The notes: generated from the letters alone by a model not told the origin. Counted from the stretch's first letter, positions 37,701 to 51,780 are shown. The stretch is 64,000 nt of DNA from Eledone cirrhosa (GCA_964016885.1 OZ024740.1:80972001-81036000), one strand, 5' to 3'. Program-made: numbers and translations.

Positions 37701-37745
37701 AGCTGACAGAGCTATGTTTCGTACTGATTGGTACTTATCAAAGCC
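37701..37745 (-). ncRNA. Variant hammerhead, U3-A8 core (family D), in ~322-bp partial tandem 37580-37978
   Basis: ggct-TTGATAA-gtac caatca gtac-GAAA-catagctctg-TC-agct. Confidence 0.72.
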
Positions 37746-38144
37746 AAGTACTCCACCTGTCTGCTGAAAATCATGTATGTTTGATTCTTATAGAATTTTT
37801 AGTAATAATCAGGAACTGATTATACAGAGCGGTTGCCGGTTAAGCAGAAATTGAAAATTAGAATTGGCGGTCTAAAATAGCGATATATATATGAATATAT
37901 ATATAGTGTATTTTGCAATACACTGTATGCTTAATTAAAAGCATTCGAAGACCTTATGTTATTATTTTAGAGTAGTATCAATCGGGGTAACCACAGTTTG
38001 TAAAGCACTATACAAAAGTTCAAAATAGAAATGGCTTCTACAGCACCAGAATAGTTTCATTCATAAGAAATCATCGGTTATGCCGATATCTACCCATCTA
38101 GCTATATCTTTACCTATACCTATACACACACTTATATATATATG

Positions 38145-38256
<112 letters not shown>

Positions 38257-38263
38257 GTATATA

Positions 38264-38328
<65 letters not shown>

Positions 38329-38329
38329 T

Positions 38330-38375
<46 letters not shown>

Positions 38376-38379
38376 TACA

Positions 38380-39855
38380 ATAGAATGCAACGAATTTTCA
38401 TTTCTCACTCTTAATACGGCACTGACTTAAATGTAAGTACGTATGTATGTATACGTACATACATATATGTATACAGACGTACAGTAGTATGTATATATAT
38501 ACATACATGCACACATATATATATGCACGTATTGGTTTACCGAACATTTATTATAATGTTCGGCCTGCTTGTTTGTAAACAAACAAACAGACCGAATTAC
38601 GCCGTACAGTGTTTAGGCAACCACGTCACCTTTTTGTTCAACACTGACACAGGAACGATGTACTAGTTTCAAGCTTATTAGCTATCGTGTGCATCGTATA
38701 CCTTCCTGCAAGATGATTGAACGTCTGAAAGTATATAGTTTCCTTATGCATATTAACGGCTGAGCAGCCTAATTTGCATATCGAGTGAGTTCAGTCGGCC
38801 GAGCACACCGAAAACGATAAATGGAATAGAATGAAACGAAATTTCTCAGTCTTAGTACGGCACATACATAAATGTAAGTATGTATGTATACATACATATA
38901 TGTTACATACGTACAGTAGTATGTATATATATACATACATGCACACATATATTTATGCACGTATCGGTTTACCGATAAGTAAGTGCGTTACTAAGAGTGA
39001 GACATGAAATTTCGTTTCATTCTATTCAATTTATCGTTTTCGGTGTGCCCGGCGGACCGAACTCACTCGATATGCAAATTAGGCTGCTCAGCCATTAATA
39101 TGCATAAGGCAAGTATATACATTCAGACGTTCAACCATCTGCCAGGAAGGTATACGATGCTGACGATAGCTAATAAGCTTGAAACTAGTACATCGTTCCT
39201 GTGTCAGTGTTGAACAAAAAGGTGACGTGGTTGCCTAAACACTGTACGGCGTAATTCGGGCTGTTTGTTTGTTTACAAACAAACAAACTGAGCATTATAA
39301 TAAATGTTGGGTAAACCGATACGTGCATATATATATGTGTGCATGTATGTATATATATACATACTACTGTACGACTGTATACATATATGTATGTACGTGT
39401 ACATACATACTTACATTTAAGTAAGTGCCGTACTAAGACTGATAAATGAAATTTCGTTTCATTCTATTCCATTTATCGTTTTCGGTGTGCCCGGCGGACC
39501 GAACTCACTCGATATGCAAATTAGGCTGCTCAGCCGTTAATATGCATAAGGAAAGTATATACTTTCAGATGTTCAACCATCTGGCAGGAAGGTATACGAT
39601 GCTGACGATAGCTAATAAGCTTTAAACTAGTACATCGTTCCTGTGTCAATGTTGAATAAATTGACGACGTGGTTGCCTAAACACTGTATGGCGTAATTCG
39701 GGCTGTTTGTTTGTTTACAAACAAACAAACCGAGCATTATAATAAATGTTGGGTAAACCGATACGTGCATATATATATGTGTACATGTATGTTTATATAT
39801 ACATACTACTGTACGTCTGTATACATATATGTATGTACGTATACATACATACCTA
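38380..39855. mobile_element. Family G: ~442-bp HHR-bearing units, ~1.3 copies on - strand then 2 tandem copies on + strand
   Basis: 38975-39418 and 39418-39855 are direct repeats; 38380-38975 is their reverse complement; one HHR motif per full unit. Confidence 0.88.
39154..39196 (+). ncRNA. Minimal type I hammerhead ribozyme (family G)
   Basis: acgatg-CTGACGA-t agct aata agct t-GAAA-ctag-TA-catcgt. Sister copies at 39596-39638 (GAAA>TAAA) and 38655-38697 (-, core CACACGA) are mutated. Confidence 0.92.
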
Positions 39856-39965
39856 CATATATATATATATATATATATATGAAAATTGATGAGCAGAACA
39901 AACAAACATTAAACAATCCTTTAAATAAAATTAAAAAATGATTTAAATATCTACCTGTTTATAAT

Positions 39966-40043
39966 GCTATTACCGGCGGTTTCCATTTACAAAGATTGGA
40001 AATTCAGAGAATTTCCAATGGAAAGTAAATTTCATCAGATAGC
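39966..40043 (-). ncRNA. Type I hammerhead ribozyme (family F)
   Basis: gctat-CTGATGA-a atttac...attggaaattc tct gaatttccaat...gtaaat g-GAAA-ccg c cgg-TA-atagc. Confidence 0.88.
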
Positions 40044-40299
40044 TATTTCCTTTCTATAGGACATACGTCCCACGGTCCGCAAATATAATGCCAACTACCA
40101 GCTCGTATGAGTCATGTCCGTTAAAGTGACCCACACGTGAACCGGCCGCTAGTGAAAGCGGGAATATTACAGACTTGTTGATGGCTTGGTTGACAAAAAA
40201 ATAGCAGTAAGCAACAACGAAATTTTTCTCTACATAGATTGGAGAATATATAAAAATGAGGTAAATATCTCACTGAGTACTAAGTACTTAGTACTAAGA

Positions 40300-43200
40300 A
40301 CCAGACTGGGGTCGAAAAATCAGTTAATGGTTCAAACCTTCCCATCACTTCGGAGCTGGAGAGCTCCCATAACCGGAATACTCCTACTGTTGGCCCTCCA
40401 TGTTCACCACCAAGAAATTCAAAGAAAAAGAGAGAAAAATGGTCGAGGGAAGACAATAAAGAAGTTCTTGAGGCTTTCTACATTGCCATGTACTACCCAT
40501 CAAATAGATCGAATACAGAACAGACATATATCAACTGGAAAAAGAAAGATGCCGAAAACAGAGGCTATATTAACAGTAACAAACTAGCCAATATACGAAG
40601 AAATATTGTTAAAAAAAAGTTACTAACTGATATAGAAATTGATCAGATCAAGCTATTAGCACAAAGTCAGCGAAGGGAAAATGAAACATGTGTCAGTGAA
40701 AACGAGGTAAATTGTAACACTTCGAATCCCAGGGTTGGGGCGGAATCACCGACAACAGAACAAATTAAAAGAGGGATCGAAAAAGTGGAGGGAGTGCATG
40801 CTCATAATGAAACTCAAAATGAAAACAATGAGATCGTAAATGATAAAGATATGAATGAGAATGAACTTGCCAACTTGAAGATCGAATGGATGAAAATGAG
40901 AGAATCGTACATAGGGGAACGAATCACTCTCCCTAAGATCAAGAACTCCAAACAGAACCAAAAGATATTACACAAGACTAACATAATTCTCAAAAACATT
41001 AACATCACAAACAAACTAAACATTACTGATTTAATACATCTCTATTATGCATCGGCTAAAGTCACCACTCACTTATGGAGTGAAAATGACAAAACAAAGG
41101 AATTCCCACAAGAAATCTACTTGGCAAGAGAACATCAATCGCCAAATAAACCTTCTCCGATCTGACATAGAAATTTTAACAAACTACAAAGTAGGTGAAC
41201 ATGTTAAACAAACTAAACTTAGAAAATTGAAAAGGAAATACAGTATAAAATCAACAAGTGACATAGACATGCTGATAGAAATAATCAAGCAAAAAGTGTC
41301 GGCCAAAGCTGCTCGTATAAGGCGCTTTGAAAAACGATCTAGATTCTATAAGGACAATAATATGTTCAAAAACACCCAAAGAAACTTCTACAGAAAAATT
41401 AGCAAGTCAACAATAACTGCTAAATCAATACCACCCAAGGAGGAAGTGCAAGAATTCTGGGAAAAAGATCTGGGCCGAAGGAAAAGTTCATAATATACAT
41501 GCCCCATGGATAGACAGACAAATGAAAGATACAGCTCACCTTGAGGAACACATATGGGAAAATATAACAGTTGAACAGTTCCGTTTGGCTCTTAGAAAAA
41601 CCAGTAAATGGAAATCCCCAGGAAAAGACAAAATACCAAATCTTTGGATAAATACCTTCACAGAGTCTCATGAGCTGTTAGCCCAACTTTACAGTGAAAT
41701 AGTTAAGGAGCCAGAAAAGATACCATGATGGCTAGTTAACGGCATTACATTCCTGCTTCCGAAGAATGATGAGACAAACAATCCCCAAAATTACAGACCG
41801 ATAACTTGCTTGACCACAATGTATAACATTTTAACATCAGTCCTAACTGATATATATATGACCACCTGGTAACAAATGATCTACTTCCCAATGAGCAGAA
41901 AGGGTGTAAACGAGGCTCATATGGCTGTAAGGATCAGCTTTTGGTTAACAAAATGATACTGGAAGATTGTCATAATAGACACAAAAATCTATCAATTGCT
42001 TGGATAGATTATAAAAAAGCATTCGATAGTTTGCCACACAGTTGGATTGAAAAATGTTTAGAGATTTTCAAAATATCTCCCGTTGTCAGGAGGTTCCTGT
42101 CATTCAGTATGAAAACATAGAAAACGACACTCCTTTTGAATAGTGAAACAAAATCACTGGAAGCTGGGAAGTTAATATTAATTGTGGAATTTTTCAGGGT
42201 GACTCTTTATCACCGCTTTTATTCTGCATCGCACTTATATCATTAAATGATATGCTCAATGAAACAAAACATGGATATAAAGGCTATGACAAAACAATTA
42301 ATCACTTGTTCTACATGGATGACCTGAAACTATTTGCAAAAAATGATGAACAATTGCAAGGGCTATTATCTACCGTGGAGCAGTTCAGTGATGACATTAA
42401 AATGGAGTTTGGACTAGATAAATGCGCCAACGCAACGTTCACCAGAGGAAAGCTGCTGAAAAGTTCAGACATTAATCTTGATCGGGGTAATGTGATAAGA
42501 GAACTTGATCAAGAGGAAACTTACAAATATCTAGGTGTTTGTGAAGCAGACGGAATCAAGCACCCGACAATGAGGGAAAGGATAAGGAATGAATGTTACC
42601 GCAGAGTAAGAAAATCTTAAGAACGGAATTGAATGCAAGGAATAGGATCGATGCCATAAACACGCTTGCCATACCAGTATTAACCTACAGTTTCAATGTC
42701 ACCAACTGGTCAAGCACAGAGATCCGTAGGCTCGATACAAACATTAGAAAATGCTGAACCATGCACAGAATGCATCACCCTAAGGCAGATACAGATAGAA
42801 TATATCTCCCCGTGAAAGAAGGAGGACGTGGGTTAATCCAGTTAGATATTGCGTTGAAAACTGCAACAATTGGATTATCTACATATCTAAGGGAATCACA
42901 TGATTGGATGATCAAACTCGTTTTGAAACACGAAAGCATCAAAAGATCATACTCCATTACAAAAGATGCACAAAGATACAGTAATGGACTTCAAATTTCA
43001 GAAGTCCCATTTACTGCTGAAATAGAAAACACAGAAAAAGCAAAGCAGGTAAAAGTAACTGCAAAGAAAGAACTGCTACAGAAACTGGCTAAGAAATGGC
43101 AAGAAAAGCCTCTGTATGGAAAATACCCAGAAAGAGTTAACAATCCTGATGTTGACAAAACTTTAACCCATCAGTGGTTGGCATCCTCTGGAGTGAAATC

Positions 43201-44020
43201 GGAGACTGAAGGACCCATTATATCAGCACAAGATCAGTGTCTGCCAACAAAAAATTACCAAGCCAACATAATAAAAAATGGATGCAACCCATTATGGCGT
43301 GTATGTAAAAAAACAACCAGAGACCAATGATCATATAATTTCAATGTGCAGTCCTATAGCTGCAACCGAATACCTAAACAGGCATGACAGAGCTACACAA
43401 TACATACATTGGATAATGTGTAAGCATTTTGACCTGCCCCATCAAAAGAATTGGTGGGAGAATCAATCATCTGCCATACTTGAAAAAGATCACATCTCAA
43501 TCTTGTGGAATTTTAGCATCCAAACAGACCGAAAAATAGATACAAATAGACCTGATATAATACTGAAGGACTTTAAAAAGAGAGTATGCCTGCTAATTGA
43601 TATGTCCCGTCCAATAGACAAGAATGTATCTATAAAAACATTTGAAAAATTGAGTAAGTATAAGGACCTGGAGATATAAATTGGAAAAATGTGGAAATTG
43701 AGAACTAAATCAATACCAGTGGTTGTAGGCGCTCCAGGAATGATGCCTAAGGGGTCTAATGATTACTTATCGCAAATCCCAGGAAACCCGCGTATAGGAG
43801 AAATACAAAAGATAGTACTAATGGGAACTGCCCATATAATAAGGAAGATTCTGTCAATATTAGTACGTCACAAGTCTAAACACCTAAAGATGCATGTGTG
43901 TGTATGTATGTTCTTACTTGAACATGGCGGACTTTGTTGTTTCTTGAGGTCACTGGTTGTGACTTGGTGATAACTCGTATGAACATAAAGCAAGATAAAT
44001 GCAACTGTAATAATAATAAT
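40300..44020 (+). mobile_element. Degenerate R4/Dong-like non-LTR retrotransposon (RT + restriction-like endonuclease)
   Basis: WKSPGKDKI, HLFYMDDLKL, YKYLG, GGRGL, HIISMC, RHD, RPDII, LIDMSRPID, IPVVVGA; several stops/frameshifts; ends in (TAA)n. Confidence 0.9.
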
Positions 44021-47000
44021 TATAATGGTTTCTTTATTGGCCACAAGGACTGACATCAAGAAAAACATTACAGACGGCACAGGACGGTACAGGACGGTAC
44101 GATGTGGGTTTTGTGCGTGTAAAATGTTTATTATTTATATAAGAAATGAAAAAAAAGACATAGAAACTTATATATATATAAAAAATAAAAATGAAAATTG
44201 AAACAATGAAAAATTCCCCTATAGGGGGGAAACCTCCAAGGGATACTCGTGACGAAAACCACACAAAAGATCACGGCCACCCTGGCCACCAGGGCAAGCG
44301 CCCTCTCTCAATTTTTCCATTTCTCAAACTACAGACGTATATTCAGAGCAGTCCCGTTCACTCGGACCATTCTCGCTACCCACCTTTCAACGAACTTGCT
44401 AGAAGGCAGCACTTGCCTCTCCACTCTGATTTTCCTCTTCAAGTGAAACTTGAAAAGGTTAATCAGGGATTCGCCGAAGAGGAAAGTGTCTGTCTTTAAC
44501 CCTTTCAACCTTGTCCATCACACAATCTCTTTCGCCATCGCCACCAGGCAGATGAAAACCGCCTGCCCTTCCTGCTCGAAGCAAGACGGCGAGACCATCT
44601 GCACAATGGACTCAGTCGATAACCGGATCAGTTCTACACGCGACAGCAACTGTTCGACATAGCTCCACAAGTCAGGAATGCCTGGGCACTGAACGAGTGC
44701 GTACAGGACGATATCGTCGTTCTGCGCGCATCTCGGACAGGCTCGGCTGACGGCACTTCCGTGCCTGTAGAGCTTATCCCGAAGCGGCAGCGCTCCCCGG
44801 TAGCACTGCCAGGCCAGGGATTTTTGGAAGTTATCCATAGGCCCTGGGCTGAAAGTTCTCCGGAAGAGAGCAAACACAGCTGATCTTCGACGCCCAGGAT
44901 CTCTCCGAGAACGTCGTCGCTCTTCCCCTCCACTAGTCCTCTATAGAACGCCGAGGTGGATGTTCCACCGATACTGGTGCCCAGCTGGTAGAGGGCAGTT
45001 AGCGTCTGGAGTTTCCAATCGCTATCCCTCGGTCTTTTTCTGACCCAAGACTGCAGCTCTGTCAATGAGACGAGCTGTGGGAAAACGTTCCTGGCGAACG
45101 GCGACCACACCTGTTCCCTCTACTTTATTTTCCTCTATCACTAGTCCTTTGCTAAACCTAATCGACTCTACTTTAATTGCCCTTTTCAGAGCGAACCACC
45201 ACCTGTTGTTGACGCCCGCTCCCGTCAACGCCCGCTTAAGTAATGCGCTAATCCGGTCTCTGTAGGCTTTGCGCGCCAGGAATGAGACGTTCATCTTCCA
45301 GTAACCGGGCCCTTGTCTATGAAGTCTGTCTATGTGGATCTCACAGATCACAAATTTGTGGTCTGTGTAGTCGACTATTTTAAATTGTGGACAACTTATA
45401 GAAGCCTTATCTAGTTCTCTGCAGAATACCCTATCGAGATACGATCTGGATGACCCGATGCGGTTTGTCCATGTCCACATTGGCACATTCGGGTGATCCA
45501 GTCGATACCTGTCAGACAGTTCAAAACGTCTGAGCCGGTTGGTGAGGCTCTTGCATGCTCCTCCCCTATCCACTAGCCCCACACAATCCCAGCGTGCATC
45601 CAAGATACCGTTCCAGTCGCTCACTAACACTAAAGAGCGGGACGTTCCAAGAAAGGTCTCTACACGTCTGCAGAAATCTGGCCGTCCTGCCTCTGTTGGC
45701 GCGTAGACGGCTACTAGCCTGAAAGCATTACCTTCGCTGCCGGTCACGTCCAGCACCACCGACTTACCTTCTGGGTCTAGGAAGATGGCCCGTATGGCGA
45801 GATCCAGGCCTCTCCGAAAAGGGACGGCAACCCCTCCCCCCGATCCTGGACGGCTGGGAGATGCGTATACATCGTAGCTGCCGAAGATCGGTGCGAAGGC
45901 TTGTGCTTCGGAGATTCTGGTCTCGCTGATGGCCACCACATCTATGTTTAGTGACCTGAGGTCGTTGAGCAGGTGACCCTGCTTCCAAGATGACCCCAGG
46001 CCACGTGCATTTATACTGCCTATTCTGAGTATGGCCATGTTGGATGAGAAACGGGCAAAGTGAGACAGGGTCATTTACCTTGATCGTGTGGTGAAGGGAC
46101 AGTTGAACCGTCCCTTTGGCTGGTCATGGGTGTTTCCAAGAGGATGTCAGTGTATATCCTCTCGGTAACCGACCCTTTGAAGTCTCCAACTGCGTTGTGA
46201 ATTTTGTTTTAAAGGTTTGTACTGTTCTATTGAGATTTTAATGATGCTTATGTTTGTCGGGAGAGTTCTTGGTGTTGGTGGGGTGTAGTAGTTTTTTTCT
46301 GTGATGTCTGTGTGCTGCTTTATATATTGTATGAGTTCTTTTTGTGCCATGTTTATGGTTGTGTACTTTTTGGGGGAGGGGTGATTTTGTTGCTGTTTAC
46401 TTCTTGTTGCTGGTTGGTGTGTGTGTTTTGTTTTGTTTGCGTTGTTGGTGTTTTTAGTGATGCTGGTGGTGGTGTGGTTGTTGTTGGCGGTGGTGCTTCT
46501 GGTGGTGATGGTGATGGTGGTGGTGTCTCTGCAAGTTTCCTTGCTGCCTTTACCCCTGTTTGTGTGCCTTCGCTTTTGGAGGGTGAATCTAAGGGATTTT
46601 TGTTTTTTGTTTTTTTGTGGCCGACCGTTTGCCACTTCACTCCCGCCTCAAACTCCATGTCGGATTCCGTGGCGTCTGGGAGGGGTATGTCCTCCACGGC
46701 TGTTGGTGGTGGTAGTGGATCCCTCTCCGGCAATGTTGTTGCTGGTGTAGCTACTTCAAATGTAGCTATTGGTGTTGCCGCCACTGATGCTGTTGCTTTA
46801 GTTGTACGTGGCCTTGGTACGGGTGCCACGGACGTTGCCCTCCTACTCACCGTGGAAGGGGCTTTTGCGTTTGTTACCTGCCCTGCACTTGGTAGCAGCG
46901 GACCAGGTATTGGAAGGAGAGGGGCCTTCTTCTTCGCTGTCTTCTGCGGGCAAAAGGCCCTGAGGTCACCCTTAGACCCACAGAGATAACATTTTGCCCG

Positions 47001-48352
47001 TCTTCCTTCTACGCTTATAGGGAGTAGGAGTCTTTCTTCGATGTCTATGATATCGGGGATAGCGTCGATACATTCCTGGTCAGTTTGTATAAGCATTTGC
47101 ATGCCTTTACCTGACCAGTTCTCTCTCCCTATTTTCTCTACTTGCAGCATGATCGTATTGTCCTCGATTCCAGCAAGGACAGACGCGGCCACACGAGGTA
47201 TGGGCACGTCCTGTGGGACCTGCGTCACTTTGACCCTCACAATTTTCTGCCCGCAGTAGGAGGGCAGCAAGACTATCTCCTCACTCTTTAGGGTTTCCAA
47301 ATAGTGAGACTTCGCTTCTGGGGTGGGTGGGGGGGTTCTGAAATGTACGTTTATACTGTGGCGTACTTTCTGCCTCGGGTGATGTGGGTTTTGCGTGCCC
47401 AGACGCACCCCAAGGCCTTTTGGATTTGGGCCATCATGGCTCTCTCCACCCGATGTGAGATTTTGCTTACGGTGCGGTAAGACACCTTCCGTAGCCCTTG
47501 GTCCTTGAAAAAATCGGGTGGAGGTTTCAGGGAGACTCTATTGGCGCTTCTTGTCACATTGGCCCTTGCGACTGCCATCTCCTCCACTGTGACTAACACT
47601 GTCTCGATATTTCGGGCGACACCTGCAAAAGAAGTAGTCCGTTTTTCAGCAGCACCACTATTGCTGCCGCTACTGGTCTTACTGGTGGTGCTGAGATCGC
47701 TATTACAGGTATCGATGTCATTGTTGATGTTTTCGTTGGTACTGTTGTTGGTGTTGTTGTTGTTTTCGTTGATACTGTTGCTGTTGTTACTGTTATTGTG
47801 GCGTTTCTTATTATTGTTGTTTTTGTTGCTACTGTTCTTACTATTATTGTTGTTGTGGCTGTTTTTATTGCCGTTCTCGACCTTACCGCTGTTATTTTTG
47901 TTATTATCGTTCTCGACTTTACAGCTGTTATTTTTGTTGTTGCTGTTGTTATTGATGGTGTTGTTGTTGGTGTTATTGTTGGTGTTGTTTGTGTTAGAAA
48001 TTTTTGGTAATTTTAAATCTGTAACAATCCTCTTTTCCTTTGTAATATTTTCGTTTATATTTACCTCCGCTGGAACGCTGTCTTGTTGACCTGCTGATAA
48101 AGTCTCCCTCTCTCTGTGTTGTCTGACAGCGCTCTCTCTCTTTCTTGTGTTATCCATGTTGAAATTTCTTTTCAAATAATATTTTTACACAAAGACGACA
48201 CTCCGTATTATTTACGAGTGAACCCCTTTATTAGGTGGGTCACTTCTAAATTTTTATCAAATTTAAAACTTGAATAAATGGTTTAGAACGGTTGAAAACG
48301 AGGTAAAACGCTGAAAAAATCTGGAGGCGATAAGAAGCGGGGGCTTCAGCAA
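44011..48352 (-). mobile_element. Tx1-like element, second subfamily, with RT deleted
   Basis: ORF1 pieces 47351-48175, 46353-47408 (CYLCGSKGDLRAFC), 46147-46635; APE domain 46038-45115 joined to C-terminal WSPFARNVFPQL; 3' end cttgtggccaataaagaaa + (ATT)n shared with the 6956 family. Confidence 0.92.
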
Positions 48353-48357
48353 TAGTT

Positions 48358-49785
48358 ATAATAATAATGATAATAATAATGATTTCTTTATATATTTATT
48401 TATTTATATTTTAATAATGATTTCTTTATTGGCCACAAAGGCTGACATCAAGAAAAACATTACAGACGGCACAGGACGGTACAGGACGGTACTTTTGGGG
48501 TTTTGTGCGTGTAAATATTTTTATTATTTATATAAGAAAAAAAAAAGGACATAGAAACATATATATATATATAAACAATAAAAATGAAAATTGAAACAAT
48601 GAAAAATTCCCCAATAGGGAGGAAACCTCCGAGGGTTACTCGTGGCGAAAACCACACAAAAGACCACAGCCACCCTGACCACCAGAGCAAGCGCCCTCTC
48701 TCAATTTTTCCATTTCTCAAACTACAGACGTATATTCAGAGCGGTACCGTTCACTCGGACCATTTTCGCTACATTCACCCACCTTTCAACAAACTTGCTA
48801 GAAGGCAGCACTTGCCTCTCCACTCTGATTTTCCTCTTCAAGTGAAACTTGAAAAAGTTAATAAGGGATTCTCCGTAGAGGAAAGTGTCTGTCTTTAACC
48901 CTTTTAACCTTGTCCACCACACAATCTCTTTCGCCTTCGCCACCAGGCAGATGAAAACCGCCTGCCCTTCCTCCTCGAAGGAAGACGGCGAGACCATCTG
49001 CACAATGGACTCAGTCGATAACCGGATCAGTCCTACACGCGACAGCAACTGTTCGACATAGCTCCACAAGTCAGCAATGCTCGGGCACTGAACGAGTGCG
49101 TTCTGCGGTTTCGTCGGTTCTGCGCGCATCTAGGACAGGCTTGGCTGACGGCACTTCCGTGCCTGTAGGGCTTATCTCGAACCGGTAGCACTGCCAGGCC
49201 AGGGATTTTTGGAAGTTATCCATAGGGCCCGGGCTGAAATTTCTCCGGAAGAGAGCAAATAGCTGATCTTCTTCGACGCCCAGCTGATCTTCTTCGTCGC
49301 TCTTCCCCTCCACTAGTCCTCTATAGAACGCCGAGGTGGAAGTTCCACCGATACTGGTGACTAGCAGACAGGACACAGTGTGCGCCTGGTGACATTCCAG
49401 TTTCCAAGCGCTATCCCTCGGTATTTTTCTGACCCAGGACTGCAGCTCCGTCAAGGAGACGAGCTATGGCAAAACGTGCCCGGCGAACGGCGACCACACC
49501 TGTTCACTATCAAGGAAGCACCAGAGATGTCGCAGCCTCAGCGCATGTTTGCGCATCATCAGCCATGGCATGCCCAGTCCTCCACGCAACGGGTGTTGAC
49601 AGCAGATGGATCGTCTGACCATGGGAGCGCGCCCCTTCCACAAAAAGCGGAAGAGGAGGCGCTCGATTTTGGTGAGAGCTGGGCTGGAGCAAGGGACGAC
49701 GGTGAGGCGGTAGCAGATGACGGATGCGATGTACGCATTCGCCACCTCCGCCCGGCCTTTCAGGGACAGCTTCCTCTCGGCCCAT
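48358..49785 (-). mobile_element. 5'-truncated Tx1-like copy (second subfamily)
   Basis: [21 protein letters not shown]...ERWVNVAKMVRVNGTALNIRL; same 3'UTR as 44030-44330; (ATT)n tail abuts the 5' end of the neighbouring copy. Confidence 0.92.
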
Positions 49786-49919
49786 AAATAATAACGAAAA
49801 CTGATCACTCGTATGTACGTTGTTCTGTTGCTAAGATCTGCGTTTTCATTATTATAAGGATAGTTAATATAATTTGTATAAAAGGATGTTGTTGAAAATC
49901 TATCCTCTTATCCAATCAT

Positions 49920-50150
49920 TATTTCATCCTTACGGATGAAATAATCTGAGTTCAAATCCCGCCGAGGTTAACTTTGCCTTTCATCCTTCCGGGGTCGATA
50001 GAATAAAGTACCAGTAATGCATTGGGTAATTGCTGGCCTTGTGCCAACAGTAGAAACAATTATTTCATCCTTACGGGGTCGATAAAATAACGTACCAGTA
50101 ATGTACTGGGTATTTGCTGGCCTTGTGCAAAAAAGTAGAAACAATTATTT
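49920..50150 (+). mobile_element. 5'-truncated SINE with duplicated 3' part
   Basis: ctgagttcaaatcccgccgagg...gtagaaacaattatt, then a repeat from ttcatccttacggggtcgataaaa. Confidence 0.85.
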
Positions 50151-50559
50151 CAGATGTTGATATAACACAATAAAAAAAAATCAGTTGCAACTTTAACTGA
50201 AAAATGTAAATCAATGTATACGTGTGTGCGTGAGAGAGGGGAAGGAAGAGACAAACAGACGGGAATAGAGAAATAGTGAAAGAAGGAAATAGACAGACAG
50301 AAATATAAAGAAATAAATCGTTGTTTACGAGAGCTTCTATGTTATTTTAAAGGTTATTGCTTTCATCAATGTGTATGATGTTTATAATTCTTAAATGCAT
50401 ACCGCATAAACAATCATGGATTTAGTTTGCATAAATATCAGTAAATCAGCTTTCCTATTATATCATGCCTCCAACCTCACTATCACTCCTGGAGGCGTGA
50501 TAGATTAGGAAAGTTGATTTACTAGCATTTATGTAGTCTAAATAATTTACCAAATTCTG

Positions 50560-50950
50560 AGAACTGGTATGAGCATAAGCCAGAGTCGGTGATAGAAAAC
50601 GATCAAGTGAAGGGTGCTATGGGATTTCAGGATACAGACAGACAAGAAATTTGAATACAATAGGATTGATCTGGTCGTTTTTGCCAAGGAAAAAAGGATC
50701 ATGCCTGATTGTAGATGTAGTCTGCTCCGTTGACACAAGAGTGCAAGAAAAGGAGAAGAAAATTGATGCCAGGATTTAAAGTGTGAAGTAAAAGGGATTT
50801 CGGACTGTCATGAGATGAAGGTCGTCCCGATTGTCATAGGAGCACTAGGTACTATCTCAAAGAGTTTTCAAGAATGGTTAAAGAACATTAGTCCAGCCCC
50901 CTTTTTTGGAACACTTCAAAAGACATGCTTACTGGGAACAGCCTGAGGCT
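50560..50950 (+). mobile_element. 3' fragment of an R4-like RLE-type LINE
   Basis: Reads VLWDFRIQTDKKFEYNRIDLVVF and KVVPIVIGALGTISK across frameshifts. Confidence 0.75.
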
Positions 50951-51037
50951 GCAGGTAGCGGCTTGTTGTTCATTTGAAGAAACCTTCCAGTTAAATAACA
51001 TCATCGACTGCGACTCCAAGATCATCATCATCATCAT

Positions 51038-51146
51038 CTTCTTCTTCTTCTTCTTCTTCTTCTTCTTCTTCTTCTTCTTCTTCTTCTTCTTCTTCTTCTT
51101 CTTCTTCTTCTTCTTCTTCTTCTTCTTCTTCTTCTTCTTCTTCTTC
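51038..51146. repeat. (CTT)n microsatellite preceded by (ATC)n
   Basis: About 36 CTT units. Confidence 0.97.
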
Positions 51147-51154
51147 CTCCTCCT

Positions 51155-51780
51155 TTCAGTCATTACCAAAGTGTCATGACCATAGATAAGGGTTGACACG
51201 AATACCGATTTGAAGATAGCGAGTTTGGCTCATATACCTACTTCCATTCTTCTGATTAGAATACTCGGTCCTGTGGGTTCTGTCAGAAGCAACCGTCTTC
51301 AACTGATCCGGCAGGATCCCCAAGCGAAACCAGCTAAGCTCAGGTGTCCTGCCAGCTGGTTTTGCACGTAAAATCCGTCCAATGATTTTTTCCTGCGACA
51401 TTCTAACCACATGCACATAGTATTGGATCTGTGATATTTTAATTCGGAGTAGTAGCAGCTAAACCTGGAGTGACTCTGATCTCCCAGCTAAGCACTCTAT
51501 CGAATAACGTTACTCCAAAGACCGTTGTATTCTTGAACGTATTCTTTCAGTCAATGCCCAAGATTCATAAGGGTTAGCATGAATACCGAATTGAAGATAA
51601 TGAATTTGGCTTTTACATCTAGCTCGTTTCTTCTGATTATCAAATGCCAAAGCTGACGCATTACTGCAGCAGCTCCTGCAATTCTTCCACTTAATTCAGC
51701 CTCCTACCTTCCATCACTTGTGAACACAGCCCCGAGATATACTTCAACGTCTCCACCTGCTTTAGGGGAACTCCTTTCAC
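51155..51780 (-). mobile_element. Degenerate RTE-clade LINE fragment
   Basis: VEVYLGAVFTSDGR; HVVRMSQEKIIGRILRAKPAGRTP; TLIYGHD. Confidence 0.7.
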
